In this document: piece by piece, positions 41,181-55,650 of the stretch
Layout of the letters: the number at the start of each line of letters is the position of its first letter
How positions within the stretch are numbered: the first letter of the stretch is position 1
Origin: Octopus vulgaris
Taxonomy: Eukaryota
Assembly (NCBI GenBank): GCA_951406725.2
Contig: OX597817.1
Coordinates: forward strand, 107,570,001-107,634,000
Reading direction: 5' to 3'
DNA: 64,000 bases
Made by a program: the position numbers and the translations under genes
The notes under the pieces: generated by a model
What the model saw: only the letters and a program-made list of their open reading frames with translations
Database searches by the model: none
Told to the model about the DNA's origin: nothing

Positions 41181-42153
41181 TTTCATGAACTGTTTGAGCT
41201 GCAGAGAAGGCCACTAGGTGGGTGGCTTTGAATAAAGAGGGCAGAACAGTGTTTTACTGCTACTAGGATGCAAGGTAGGACTTGATTAACCTTGGCTGGG
41301 TCAGTTGGGCAAGAGAGTCTGGTGATAAAAGACCTGAAACCCTTTGAGACCCCAGAAGCATCACTGATGATGCATCCCTGGGCATCCATAAGATGTATCT
41401 TAAAAATTGGCAACTGAAACCAACTCATCTAGCAGCTATTATTTCTATAGAAGGATCTTTTCAATAGAATTCTGGTTTAAGTACCCCATATAATCCCTCA
41501 TAACTGTTTTACTTTTTGCAATTTTCAGAAAACGTTTGTGAATTTGTTTTCTATACACAGAATTTCATACAATAATGTAAAAAATAAAAATGAAAAAAAG
41601 AAAATGATTTTTCTTCTGTGTGTGTGATTTACGTGCAAATTTTAGCACAACTCATGACCACTTGATACCTTTATTTCATTGTCACTCTGGCATATATTGA
41701 TGCTTTTCAATAATTTTCTCTCCATAAACACATTTAATGGAATGATGATGCACCCAAGGGTGGCCCAGGGATTTAACCAAAAAATTCAGACTCTCCATAC
41801 TTTAAACTCAAATTTAAAGAAAAGAATTCAAAAAGGAGTGGAAACTTTTAGAATTTATGAGGGCGAGGGGAAGGGGTTCCCAGATATGAGTTCTAGTCAT
41901 GTGTCAAGTTTCATCAAAATCAACAAAATGATGTAGGAGGAGTTAGATAACAATGCTACAAACAAACACACACCGATTTTCCACATATGTAGTAGATATA
42001 TATGCATACGTATCTGTAGATATATATGCATACGTATATATATATATATATATATATAAACACACACACACATATATATACATATACATATATATATATA
42101 TACACATATACACAAAAAAAAAAAAAATATATATACACACATACACAAAACAC

Positions 42154-42339
<186 letters not shown>

Positions 42340-43630
42340 AATAAAATATATGCATATATATAAACATATATGTACGTACCTACCTCTACATGTACATATA
42401 CACGCATATATGTGTACAGGACACCAAAAGGACGTCGAACACATAGAGAGACGAAAAACATAGACACAAACCAAGGAACAAGACAAGCAAAAAAAGGAAA
42501 TACAGGACAATAAGCACAACGAAAAATCCCCTTCTTCAGTCGCTAAAGTTTCATCTACTAAACGTTTCGAAGGATAAAAGCGAGACGTATACTTCGAATG
42601 AAAAATTCCTTCCCGCGAAAAGCAAATCAATTAAATTCTGAGATCTTGTCGCAGAGGGGTAAAAAAAAAAAAGGCAAGACGGTAACGACAGTACAAACAT
42701 ATAAACAGTAAATATATATATATATAAACAGTGGAAAAATAAATATATAACAGTGAGAGACAGGACAAGGAGAACAAGATAAGAAGGGCTGTTAACGCCA
42801 GACGAAAAAAGTATTGCAAACGCTGGATTATAGTGGACGACGAGAGAGGAAGATGTCGACCAGTGGCCTTAGAAGGCAGGCGAAAAAGGACGGGATAGCA
42901 GTTACGACGGAAGTACGTCGCAGATATGGACGACGGGAATGGGGGAGGAGGAGCAAGAGGAAGAGAGAGAAGAAGGGGAATGGTGCGAGGAGACCATGAA
43001 GAACAGTGAGGGGAGAGAGAGAGGAAGAGACAAGTTAAGTGAGGGAAAAAAGACAAAAAAGGGAATGGGAGAGAAAGAAAGAAAGATGCAGAGTCGCGTG
43101 AGAGTTAATATCAAGGCGAACTTGATATACACATATATATATATTCTTCCTGGGGCTAAATATCAGTAGTATTCTTTCTTGGGACTGCCACGTTAAGTTG
43201 GCAACAAACCATCACTTTATTGTGCTGCTAGTGTATAAGTCTCTCTGAGAGATTTAGAAATGCAATATTTTGCTCTCATAAAAAAAGAAATAAAATTTGG
43301 GGTTTGTGGAGGGTTAAAGTTTGTAACTAAAACAAGACAGTGGAGTCATACAAGGAAACCAAATGAAAACTAACATGAGGGGTCATTAGACCAGATGAAG
43401 TAAAGTAGCGGATGCTGGAGAAATATTGTCTTTGACAAGAGAAATGGTAGAAGTGATATGCAGATAGGATACGTGCAGTCTCTATGACAGCACTGAAGGA
43501 AAAGAAAGATGATCACATAAGGAAAAGAAAGATGGACAATGGTCACTTGTGAACAATGAGAGAGAGAGAGAGAGAGAGTAAAGGAGAAAGAGAGAGAGAC
43601 AGATAGAAAATGGTGCCCCGGGTGACGCAT

Positions 43631-43880
43631 TATGTTTTGAACAAGATACTTTATTTCACGTTGCTCCAGTCCACTCAGATAACAAAAATGAGTAGTACCT
43701 GTATTTCAAAGGGTCAGACTTGTGATACTCTGTGTCATGCTGAATCTCCTTGAGAACCAAGTCAAGGGTACATGTGTCTACGAATTCTCAGTTACTTGCA
43801 CATTAATTTCACGAGCAAGCTTTTCCATTGGTTGTATCAGTTGGGACCCTTGTCATAGTAACTGACGGAGTGCTCCTCCT
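43631..43880 (+). mobile_element. SINE body fragment
   Basis: ttgaacaagatactttatttcacgttgctccagtccactcag...aatgagta resembles a CORE-like SINE central domain; no head is visible. Confidence 0.45.
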
Positions 43881-43925
43881 TTTTATATACCGATATATAT
43901 ATACATATAGACATAAATGTACATA

Positions 43926-43978
<53 letters not shown>

Positions 43979-44500
43979 GCTTCTTTCAGTTTCCTTGTAC
44001 CAAATCCACTGAGAAGGCTTTGGTCAGTCTGAGGCTATAGTAGAAGACATTGGCCAGATCCATGTGGTCAGGAAACAAGCTTCTTACCACACAGACATGC
44101 CTATGCCATGCCTGTGCCTATATTTAACTATTTAATCAGCAATCATCACTGTCATTGGTTGATTCAATAACTATTGTTTCATGCTTGCATGGTTCAGGAA
44201 TACTTACCTGGCCATCTCAGTTACTGTTTTAAATAGAAAAGTGTAGTTACAGCAGTATGAATGTCAAGGCATGTTCAATTGAAGTTATGGCTGTTGAAGG
44301 CCTCTCTTCCTGATGGCAGTTGTATTATTGCTTTTAACTTGTTTTTTCCTCTGTTGATATTTATTGAATTAGTAGTGTATTGAATTAACAGGAAATTGTC
44401 TTATAGTTTACATGTTAAAATTAAATTCCTGTTAAGGAAAAATAAACTACTATCTGATCTAACATTTTAAATCTTACTTCACTTTGTTAGCAGCTTTTGT

Positions 44501-44534
<34 letters not shown>

Positions 44535-47500
44535 CTCCTACATTTCATCTATCTGTCATATCAAATCCTTCTTACCATGCTTTCTTAAGATAAGCATTTA
44601 ACTACAAAAGGAAACAACAGCAATTGGTTGGGCCTATCAGAAGAGAGGGTCACATCCTGATAGACTAATAATAGCTGGGCCTATGTCATTAAGAGCTTTG
44701 GAATGGGGAAAAGTGTGAGCATACCAGTCAACAGGATCTGAAAGACTTTTATTGCAGCCAGATCTGTTTCCCCTTCCTTATATTAACAGCTTAATGGCTT
44801 TCCCTGTTATCTGTATTGTTCTAAGATCTACTGAACACTTTTGGGTACATGAACACACTAATTCTATAATGATCCTTTTATAGTGGTAAGAAACTCTCAA
44901 GAGAGCTGAACAGCAGAAAGTCTTCAAAAAAGAACCCCCCTCCTCAACCTCAGTCAAGTATTTTGGCCCTTAACTTGTTACACTCTCGGTGGGGGCAGGG
45001 GTTAGTTGTATCCAGGTCATGACTCCTGGGTGACTATCTGCTGACTGACATTTTTTAGTCACTTGGTTATTGTAGGTTTGTGTATTTAAATTGCCTGGAG
45101 ATTTCATCTACTTGTAACTCCTCTCCTTTGACTCAGCTTTTCAAACCTGTACTTATAGAAGAAATAACATTGGTTATCATGATAGTGAAACGCCAATGCT
45201 ATCACAATGACTCATTCAGTGTTACTTCCATTTGTTATAATAAAAGTGAAATTATGTCTGTTTGGGACCCCTCTATCTCACTCTACATTTGCTCTACTTA
45301 GACATATTATACCTTTTTGGAATCATAATGATCCTGGGATTGAAAATTTGCCGTTCATTTGGTTCTTGATCATCCAGTACTGGGATCTGATTTAAAAACA
45401 TTTGGGTTGCTACTTCTAGCAGGTAAAGCTTGGCTGATTCATGCTATCTTGGTTGGCATTTGTTAGATGATGTCAGAGATCAAGGGGAACATAAATGACA
45501 TTCGCTTCATCAATTTTATATCGAGATAAGAACTATGGGTCAACAGTTGGAATTCAACTTGGGACTGGAACAATAAAATGATTGCATCACAGAATTAATT
45601 CTCATCTGTCCTTAACCTCTAATCAAACACCACCAGGGCATATCGTCATTATAGATGTATTGTAGTCATGCTATATAGCTCTCCTTATTTTTAGGCTGCA
45701 GGTCAAATTAGCCCTCTACAGGACCTAACTTAAGTCCACACAGAGTGCAGATTTTAAGCTAGTTAGCATTAAAACACAAAAATATTCCTTTAAATGGTAT
45801 GGAAGTCATTTTTATTTCTCTTCAACCAGATTCAGCTGGAACGTCTCTTCACTGTCTCTGATATTGCAATTAAGGCTTTGGTTCTGTTCTTCCCAGAGAA
45901 TATTCATTCTGTCAATAATGATGGAAATTATAATTATTAAAAATGATAAAATAAAATTAAAATATAGAAAACTATGTGTATTTTTAAGCACAGATAAATA
46001 TCTTTGCTCTTATGTAATGAATTTGTGTTTTGTATTTCTTATAGCTTCTGCTATAGTTTCTTGTAGAATTCTTCATGATACTTTTTTAGTTTCTCATAAA
46101 TGACTTCTTTAAATTTGTTTCTTCCACATCTAAATTTCAATATCTCAGTGATACTTGTTCCCTCAAATTTACACTCCTCTTGTTGATTGCATTTTTATTG
46201 CATCTGCTCTGTCTTATGAGGCTCTGGAATATCTTTGTCTTTTTGTTTCTCTTGTTCTAACTGTTCTTGATATAATCCTGTCACCACTTTTTTCTATCAT
46301 TCCCTTGTTAATCTTCTTCTTTGAAAAGGCATCTCTATAATGGGAATCAGATGTATTGATACAGAATACATGCATGTGTATGTGTGTTAAGGGAATTAAC
46401 TCCAAGCTTACCAGAGTTATTTCCCTTTGATAATGTGTACTATATAAATAATGCACAACAGCATTTACTATAAGAGCGGTGAATTAAGAATAATCAAATA
46501 ATGAAATGGTTTTTATTAAATTTTCCATTTATTGTTTTTCTGGTGACATCTTGAACTGTGCTTATTTGTCAATATATACATAGTACAGTAATAATTTTCT
46601 TAATATACATCCACTGGTGACAAAGATTCTGCAATGTCACATTTGATTAAGCTAATATGACGTTACAAGTAGGAAGCACTTTTATCCCTTTTTCTTTCTT
46701 TTGTGTATATAGAATTCTATTCAATGAAAGAGGCATACATCAAAGCTGCTTCTCTCTCTCTAGCTTGTTTGCTCATCTCCTCTTTAAATATATTCTTTCA
46801 TTTCTCTCTGACTTATCTCTTCTAACAAATATAATATTCTTTTCATCTCTGCAGCAGTAGTATTAACATATATAGTTAGTTATTACCATTCAGATATAGA
46901 TTATTTTTTAATATTGAGATACATTAGAAATTTCAGCATTCTGTTTGTGATACATGAGAAATTTATTGCAGATCTTACCTCAGACTAGTTAAAAAAATAA
47001 TAATATTGAGGACATATAGATGAAGTTAATTATTTAAAAACACAGGTTATTATTAATTCTAATTTATAATAGAATAGTTAGGGATAGAAATAGAATCAAG
47101 TTTGATTAAAATGGTTCTATAAATAATAGATATACTTGAATTTGAAGAGTTATGTAACTATATTGATATGGAAAAATGGATGCCAGATAGGAATATAATA
47201 GAAAATATCATTGATGTCATGCTCTCACATTCACTGAAATAAAGTCAGTCAGAAATATATTTTCTGATGCAATGCATATTGAAATTATTCTAAACAGTTC
47301 AGTGTGTGAAACTGACTGTATGTGCTTATAACAGATATGCTTACATCATAGCATTCATTCACTTGCTTATTTGATGTTCATATTTTCCTTGCTGACATGG
47401 GTTGTATGGTGGGTGGGTGGGTGGTTATTTGAGGAGAGTCTTAAGGCTGGTTGCTGTTCCTGTCACTAACTCCTACATGTATTTCTAGTAAAGGTCTCCA

Positions 47501-49092
47501 TTTTTTCATAAAGGCCTTATTCTTTTACTTGTTTCAGTCATTTGACTGCAGCCATGCTGGAGCACTGCCTTAAAAGGTTTCTAGCTGAAGAAATCAACCC
47601 CAGGACTTATTCTTTGTTAACCTGGTACCTATTCTATCAGTTGCTTTTGCTGTAAAAGCTCCATACACTTTTAAAATCCAGTTGCACTTGTGAAGCTCAA
47701 CTGATCTTGTATCAGTGCAGTGCACTTACTGTATATACCAGCTGGTGTCATCACAAAAATAGGTTCAATTATAAAAGCTAGCTACACCTGCAAATGTCAT
47801 GTGTATTTGTTACAAGGGCAGTTTCATTTATAGAAAACATCATTGTTCTTATAGATGCTATTTTCTCTTGTTTGTAGTGGTCAGCTGCTCCTTTTTTAGG
47901 CATAAAATATTTTTCCTAACGCTTTTAATGTTAATCTGACTCTACTCTAAAAATCTTTCAAAAACTGTTTTCATTTCTATGAGATTCAGCCTTTTCTGAA
48001 TATTTGTATAGATAATTCTATTCTGGTTATATGACTTCAGTGTCTTTATCCAATTCAATGTACTTGGGTACCTCCTTGAAGAATTTTTAGCTGAATGAAT
48101 TGACACCAGTATTTTTTTTTTTGAAGCCTGGTACTTATTCTATTGCTCTTTTTTGCCAAACTTCTAAATTACAGGGACGTAAATACACCAGCATTGGTTG
48201 TCAAGCAATGGTGGGTAGGTGGTAGGGGGCATAGAAAGGTCATAATGTACACAAGGAATGTCTACTTCAGCATCTTGCCTAAGTGGTGACAGGTGTAGAA
48301 TATCAATATTCATGCACATTTACAAATACATTCACAAACACACATTTTATTTATCAGTAGTAGTTATGTACTGTCTCCAACAAATCATATGGTTGCTACC
48401 CTTCTACCAAAATGCAAGTTAGCTTTGGGGTTAAGCTTCTGTAATTATTTTACAGCAAAATGAAATCTGTTTTAATCGTATTCATGTTACAAATATGACT
48501 GTGTGATTAAGAAGCTTGCTTAAACCAACATGCAGCCTTGGGTTTAATCCCTCTGTGCAACACTTGTGCAAGTATCTTCTGCTGTAGACCAGGGCTGATC
48601 AAAGCTTTCTGAGTGAATTTAGTAGACAAACTGAAAGAAGCCTGTTGTTGTGTGTGTGCATGTATATTCTTTTACCTGTTTCAGTCATTTGACCATGGCC
48701 ATGCTGGAGTACTGCCTTGAAGGGTTTTAGTCAAACAAATTGACCTCAGGACTTATTTTTTTAAAGCCTAGTACATCTTCCATCGGTCTCTTTTGCCGAA
48801 CTGTTAAATTACAGGGAAGTAAACACACCAACACTGGTTGTGAAGCGGTGAGAAGGGGAGGGGAACAGACACAAAGACACACGTAGATACACACACACAT
48901 ATATATGTGTGTATATATACACACACACACATACACGATGGGCTTCTTTCAGTTTCTGTTTACCAAATGCACCCACAAGGCTTTATTCTAACAGTCTTTT
49001 TGCCAAACTGCTAAGTTATGTCACTATAAACACATCAGCATTTGTTGTCAAGCGATGGTGGTGGGGGGCACAAACACAGACACACAAATACA

Positions 49093-49134
<42 letters not shown>

Positions 49135-52100
49135 AGCTTCTTTTAGTTTCTGACTACCAAATCTACTCATAAGGCTTTGGTTAGCCCGAGGCTATCGTAG
49201 AAGACATCTTCCTAAGGTGCCACACAGTGGGACTGACCCCAGAACCATGTAGTTGTGAAGCAAACTCCTTATTACACAGTCATGCCTGCACCTATATATA
49301 TCATATATGTTTATATGTATTTGTTTCTGCCTTCCACCACTACTTGACTCCACTTGTTGGCTTGTTCGTGTCCCTATAATTTAACTGTTCAGCAAAAGAG
49401 AATGATAATGTAAGTACCAAGTTTAAAAACAAATAAGTACTGGGGGTAGTTTGTTTGAATAAACCCTTAAGGGTAATGCTGCGGCATAGTCGCAACTCAT
49501 TGACTGAAACAAATAAAAGATAAAAGATACTTTGTTGCTGCATTGATGACATTGCATTGTATTGGAAAGAATGGCTTATTCTGCACAAATTTTGTTCAGA
49601 TTTGTTCAGTTTGCTGGTTATAGCAAGTAGTAAATAGAATTTACTGGCATTGAAATAAAGGCAAAGTTTCTTGGACTAAAATTTGCTTTACTTTTAATGT
49701 TTATAGGTCAATTTGGCTTTTGTTAAAGTAGCTAATGGCTATTGCTGTTCTGTTAAATGTTTGCTGTAACAATACCATTAGGACATTTTCATTTTGCTTC
49801 ATATGCAAGGAAGCTAATTTAAGTGAAATTTTTTTAGATATAGGGCAAGTTTAACGTTTCAGCTGTTTTAATGAATGAACTTAATTCTCTGGGATGCAAT
49901 TATCTACAGAAGATCACCGAATTCTTTTCTTACTTTTAGAACATCATAGTCTGTACAGGAACTGAGTTGTTGAGAATATTTATAGATATTTCTCTGTTTA
50001 TCCTCTCCTCTCTTCTATTTATTTATTTATTTTTCCTACTAATTATATGCATGCATGGAACCTTACCAGATAGTCTAACTTACCATAGGTTTTCTACAAT
50101 TTGCTGTAGGTTAGATTTAGAAATAGGGATTGTATAAGCCAGCAAAACTTGTTACATATTTCCTAGAATCTGTTAGCACTCCTGCCCCATACACACACAT
50201 ACTCACTCATATCTTCTTTTTTTTTCATTAAACTTTTCAATCTAGGTTCATGGTTTTCAGAGCAAGTGTAATGCTTTCACATGTATAAGCACTAAAATGA
50301 TTAACCCATTCCATACTGACCTATCAGAGACCTTCTCTGGTTCTGTTATACAAATTTTCTGCTTTAAAATTATCTAATTTAAAACCCGCACTCAAAATTT
50401 GAAGTGAATTTTTGTTTTAAACACAAGCTTCATAATGAAGAGGTTATTTTACTTAAATTCTTTCATTATTTTCAAAATTTATTGAAGCAAAGACAACATA
50501 TTTCAACAGAAATATGGCACCAAAACAGTTATGGGGACATTGTTAGTGATTGATTTCATAAAGGATCATCAAATTAATTATTACCCTTTTAATAATTATG
50601 TTATAGCAAGAAGGTGGCAAGCTGGCAGAAAAGTTAGCATGCCAGGCAAAATGCTTAGTGGTATTTCGTCTGTCTTTACGTTCTGAGTTCAAATTCCGCC
50701 AAGGTCAACTTTGCCTTTTGGGGTTGATAAATTAAGCACCAGTTGTGTACTGGGGTCGATCTAATTGACTTCCCCCTCCCCAAATTTCGGGCCTTGTGCC
50801 TAGAGAAGTAAAGAATTATGTTATAGCAAGCATTATATACTTCTAATAAGCTGGAAAGTTCATGGCTGAAATGCTTCAAGCAAAGAGGACTTGGGCCTAA
50901 GCAGCAACAACAATTGAGATTAATTTGAACCGAACTTAATCATTTGTTTGACATAAGCATCAGAATTGTATGCCATTCTAAGACATATGGAATAAAATCT
51001 GTTAAAAATAAAGATTTTGTTGAAGCAGATTTTCTTGCTAGATTGGAGAGTTCAAGCAACTATATCAAAGCCCTTTATAGATTCTTCAGCATTCACTACT
51101 ATATTGTTGTTTAGCATCAGGTCAGTTTTCACTGAGCAAATCTGTGATCAAAACCATTCAAGCTGTGATCTACTCATCTTATATCAAGAACAGTGTAGCT
51201 CAGATTACATTATTTATGTGATTTTTTTTCTTTTTAAAGATGGGAGGTTCTGGTTTGAAGGTGATTTGGTTGATGTTTCTTGCAAGCAGAGAAACTACAT
51301 AGAGACTTACTCTTTTGTTAATCTTTTAGTAATGTATGTTCATAGGGGTGTGTTGACCATTGTTTTCATTCTTGAATGCTTCACTTTTGGTAAATAACAA
51401 ATTAATCAATCGTATACAATTAATACTTTAACTTTTATACCTGGACATCAGTTAACTTTAAAACAATGTATTCACTTGTTTCATACAAAACCATTCATAT
51501 GCCAGTCAGTTATTTTACATTATTGTTGAAAGTTGGAACTCATTCTATGGAACTCTAATGGAATGATAAACATTAAAAAATTTTTCTTCCTGTTTATGAA
51601 GAACAATTGAAAATAATTTTTAATCAAAATACAAAGTTATTCATGTAAGTATACACAATATTTTAATGGTCATTTTCATTTAAGTTATGTATTATGATGT
51701 AACTTCATAGCATTCTATATTGGTGCAAAAAGGATGGGACATTTTTGCTCTTATTGTTTTTATCTAATCTTAATGTCTCCATACCTCCTATATATTTGAG
51801 CTCAATAGATCCCCAGTAAATGGTTGAGTTGATCCGTATCTATATTTTTCTCCTTTACCTTTGAGAAAGAAAGCACAACCTTTTACTATAAGAATAAAGA
51901 ATGTATTTCTAAAATCAATGTTTACTTTCTAAGGTTGTGAGCTGGCAGAAACGTTAGCGCGCCGTGTGAAATGCTTAACTGTATTTCCTCTGTCTTTACG
52001 TTTTTGAGTTCAAATTTCACCGAGGTTGACTTTGACGTACAAATTATTTCATTAATTATTTTTTTTAACTAAACACTTTCAAACTTTCGATACTGGTTTA

Positions 52101-52973
52101 CTCTTAACATTTTTGAAAAAATTTTGTATTTTAGAAGCGGTGTTTCATTTGTCTTTACGTTCTGAGTTCAAATTCTGTTGAGGTCAACTTTGTCTATCAT
52201 CCATTTCGGATCTATTCAAGTAGACGTACAGATTATTTTATTAATTTTTTTAAAAACTAAACACTTTCAAACTTCTGATACCTGTAGAATGTGTCACATA
52301 GAACAGGGTGTACTCTTAACATTTTGGACAAAATTTTGTATTTTAGAAGTTATTTCGTCAGAAGTTACAGAGGGACAATGGACAAATTCGTGTTTGATAA
52401 GTGCCAATACACGAAACTCAGCTTTTTGACTTACTCTCTAACTTCTGCCAATGATATATATATACATATTACATATATGTGTAAAAAATCTCATCATGCA
52501 ATTGAACCAATACCTGGTCGCTCAACACGCTAAAAATAGCAGCCAAAGTATTCCACTACCTAAATCACATGCCTTAGAAATTAAGAATTATTTTTTTGGT
52601 TAATAAAATGGTTTTAATTTATGAAAAACCAAATATTTACATAAAATTGAAGGTACAATAATAGTAAATTTTTATTGCAGAATTAAGTTACTTAAGGTGA
52701 GCCTAGTAACTGATGGTTTTGGGGTCTTGTTTTTAACTTTTGGTGAACCATGATGCAACCAACAACATAGTAAAAATCCCAGCCATTAATTTGGTGTGGA
52801 TGGGTAATATCAAATAATTCAATCACAACATATATTTAAATTAAACTTGAAAAAAATTGAAATATTATTACTTAAATGGAAAATTGAAATATTATCTTTC
52901 AGTATTTTATTAGGTAAAATCTTATATTATTGACACATTATTAATTATCTTATAACAGCAATGCCTGGAAAAA

Positions 52974-53492
52974 TCATGGATTACATGGAAAATGCGAGCA
53001 TGAAGAGTAATATTCTTAAGATCATAAACCTGGAAAAGTACAGGACAAGTTATTACACCTATAACAGTATAAGACAAACTATTCAAGTAAAGTAAAGAAT
53101 AAGAAACTTTTTGCTTAAAATATTGCAGCTAAAATTAAAATTTGAATATTAAAAATTATTTTATTATAGTTTACAAATAACACTACACTTATTTAAGCAG
53201 AATTTGGCTAATTTACTACCTTAAATACGGTAAAAAGTGACTAATTAGACAAACTTACAAATTAGCTGAACAGTTTTCTACAATAAATTTAAAAGATAGG
53301 AACTGTAAATGAGAAGAAATGGCATTCTTTGCTGCAATATTTTAAGTAAAAAGTTTCTTATTCTTTACTGTACTTGAAGTAATAGCTTGTCCTATACTTT
53401 TACTGGTGTAATAACTTGTCTTGTACTTTTCCAGGTTTATAATCTTAAGAATATTACTTTTCATGCTTGCATTTTTCCATGTAATATCATGA
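52974..53492. repeat. Inverted repeat, about 155-bp arms and 200-bp spacer
   Basis: 52974-53129 is the reverse complement of 53331-53492 (e.g. aagaataagaaactttt / aaaagtttcttattctt). Confidence 0.9.
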
Positions 53493-54867
53493 ATGTGTGT
53501 TGAAATGATCAAAATTAATCAAAGCAAACTAAAGAAGATTTTAGGAAAAATAGTTGTTAATAAGTTTACTGCAGGAAGCATTAAGTAGCCAACTTGAGTG
53601 ATAAACAATTTTTGTCAATCACTTATATTACATTTTTCTTTCCAGCAAATAAGGGAGACTATTCTGAACAGGTTTTGATCTTGTTCTGACCTTATCAAAT
53701 GCATAACCTTTATTGTACTTGTTGAAGTAGGTAAATGTATAAGACTACTCATTGGTTGGTGGACAAAAATTCGATTAGAGAATAAATAATTCAGAGTTAC
53801 CATTTGCATGAAAAACGCTACTAAAGTTAGTATTAACATATTTAATACTGTGAACATTAACAAGTCTTTAGAAAGATGAGTCTCATAGGCAAGATAATGC
53901 AGAATTGAACTGCATGTAAAGTAGCTTCAATGGAAACCCTCAAAACCAAAGCAGAATAAAAATGAAACTAATAATGGTTGTACTGTGTACACACATATAT
54001 TGTTATTTAGATAAAGTGTTGGATACATACTTTTACACTAAAATTGATTAATGTATGCGTGTGTGTATTAGTTTCAACAGCAGATGGTTATTATGTTAAT
54101 ACATGTCTTAACCTATGTACCAAATACGCACACCACTTTAATCTTTTATATTTCTTGCTTGGACATGCATGTTAATTTCTCTTGATTTTGCAAATAACCT
54201 TTCTTCAATATGTTTGAATATAATTAGTTTAGCGTTTTTAAACTGAATTTACCATGAGCTAATTCAAGTTGGTAAATTTATGGCTGTGTGTGTGTGAACA
54301 AGAGTTTTTAATTTAAAATCAAATGTCACCATTAATCTAAAGTTTCATAAATTAAAATTATCAGATGTTCTTTATGAGTATACTAAAGGAACTTAAAAAA
54401 AAATTAAATGGAACACACACAGACACGTATGTATGTGTGTATGTTTCTGTTTGTCCCCCACCACCGCTTGACAACTAGTGTTGGTTTGTTTACATCCCTG
54501 TAATGTTCAGCCAAAAAAAAAAAAAACTAATACAGTAAGTACCTGGCTTTAGAAAACTTGTAAGTACTGGGATTGATTTGTTTGACTGAATCCCCTCAAG
54601 GCAGTGCTCCAGCATGGATGCAGTCCGATGGCTGAAAAAGATAAAAGATATCACACCAATTCTATTACACAGTTTGCTATATGAATATATATTTATTGTA
54701 TAATAGACATGAAATAATAATGCTTGAGTTTACACTTTAAATGTTATTACACAGTCATAGCTACTTTTGGGAAGTCAGGTTTATTTATGACTGCTGTTGG
54801 ATGAAGCATGAACCGACAAGCTCATGAAACTTGTTTTTATCATCACTCTATAACTTGCCAGATATTA

Positions 54868-55008
54868 TTAGGTTGTCCCAAAAGTTCGTAAACACTTGCG
54901 AAAATTGAATTTTTACTCGCCAAGTACTAACAAAAACAACAAAAATTATTCCTCAAAATAAAGACCATTATTTTCCAAGACTTTCTACGAACATTTGGGA
55001 CAACCTTA
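54868..55008 (-). mobile_element. 141-bp mariner deletion derivative (MITE)
   Basis: TA|ttaggttgtcccaaaagttcgta ... tacgaacatttgggacaacctta|TA. The interior encodes a mariner C-terminus, KVLENNGLYFEE*, on the minus strand. Confidence 0.85.
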
Positions 55009-55650
55009 TATTTGAGGTGTAATTATATTTTGCAACAACACCAAACACATACCTTAAGATTATTAGCTAGTTACAAAGGTTTAAGTATGCTGAATTAAAT
55101 GAACATGATAAATCTCTGTAAATCTCATTCAGTATCGGAAATATTCTATGTTTTCTAAATATGTTTTACTAGAACAATTTTCTACTATAGACACAAGGCC
55201 TGAAATTCCATGGGGGGGGGCGGGGATATAGTTGATTACAGTAAGCTAGTTCTCAGCTTGTACATATTTTATGGATCTCAAAAAGATGAAAAGCAAAGTG
55301 GACGTTGGAGGCAATGCCATAAAGCATTTTGTCTGGCACATTTAACAATTTTGCCAGCTTACTGCCATTGTGTCTTACTAAAATTAGCAGTTGGTAGTGT
55401 ATCATACTATGATACACTACCATGATAAACTGGTATAAACTCTTATGACGTGCTGAAAGCACCAGCAACAATTTTATAGATGCAATGTTTTGAGGGTGGC
55501 CATGGGTTTTCTCTTGGTGTAATATTTATTAATTTTGCATGTATTACTTAAAATATAAATGTCTTGCCTTATTTATCACTTTAGGGCTGTGAGTGAGTTG
55601 ATGACATTGTCACAAATAGCAGATTAAATAATCAATAACAATAGAAGCAA

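Noticed and set aside
42520-42580. Minus-strand CGAAACG...CTGAAGAAGGGG, a possible circularly permuted hammerhead
   Set aside because: Both core boxes are present but convincing stems I and III could not be built by eye; not counted.
44200-44211. ATACTTACCTGG identical to the U1 snRNA 5' end
   Set aside because: No U1 similarity continues downstream; better explained as a minus-strand splice donor or chance.
51994-52350. Short local direct duplication; similar small ones at 11610-11670, 12139-12175 and 24625-24850
   Set aside because: Ordinary TE-internal or slippage duplications; not a CRISPR-like or otherwise regular array.
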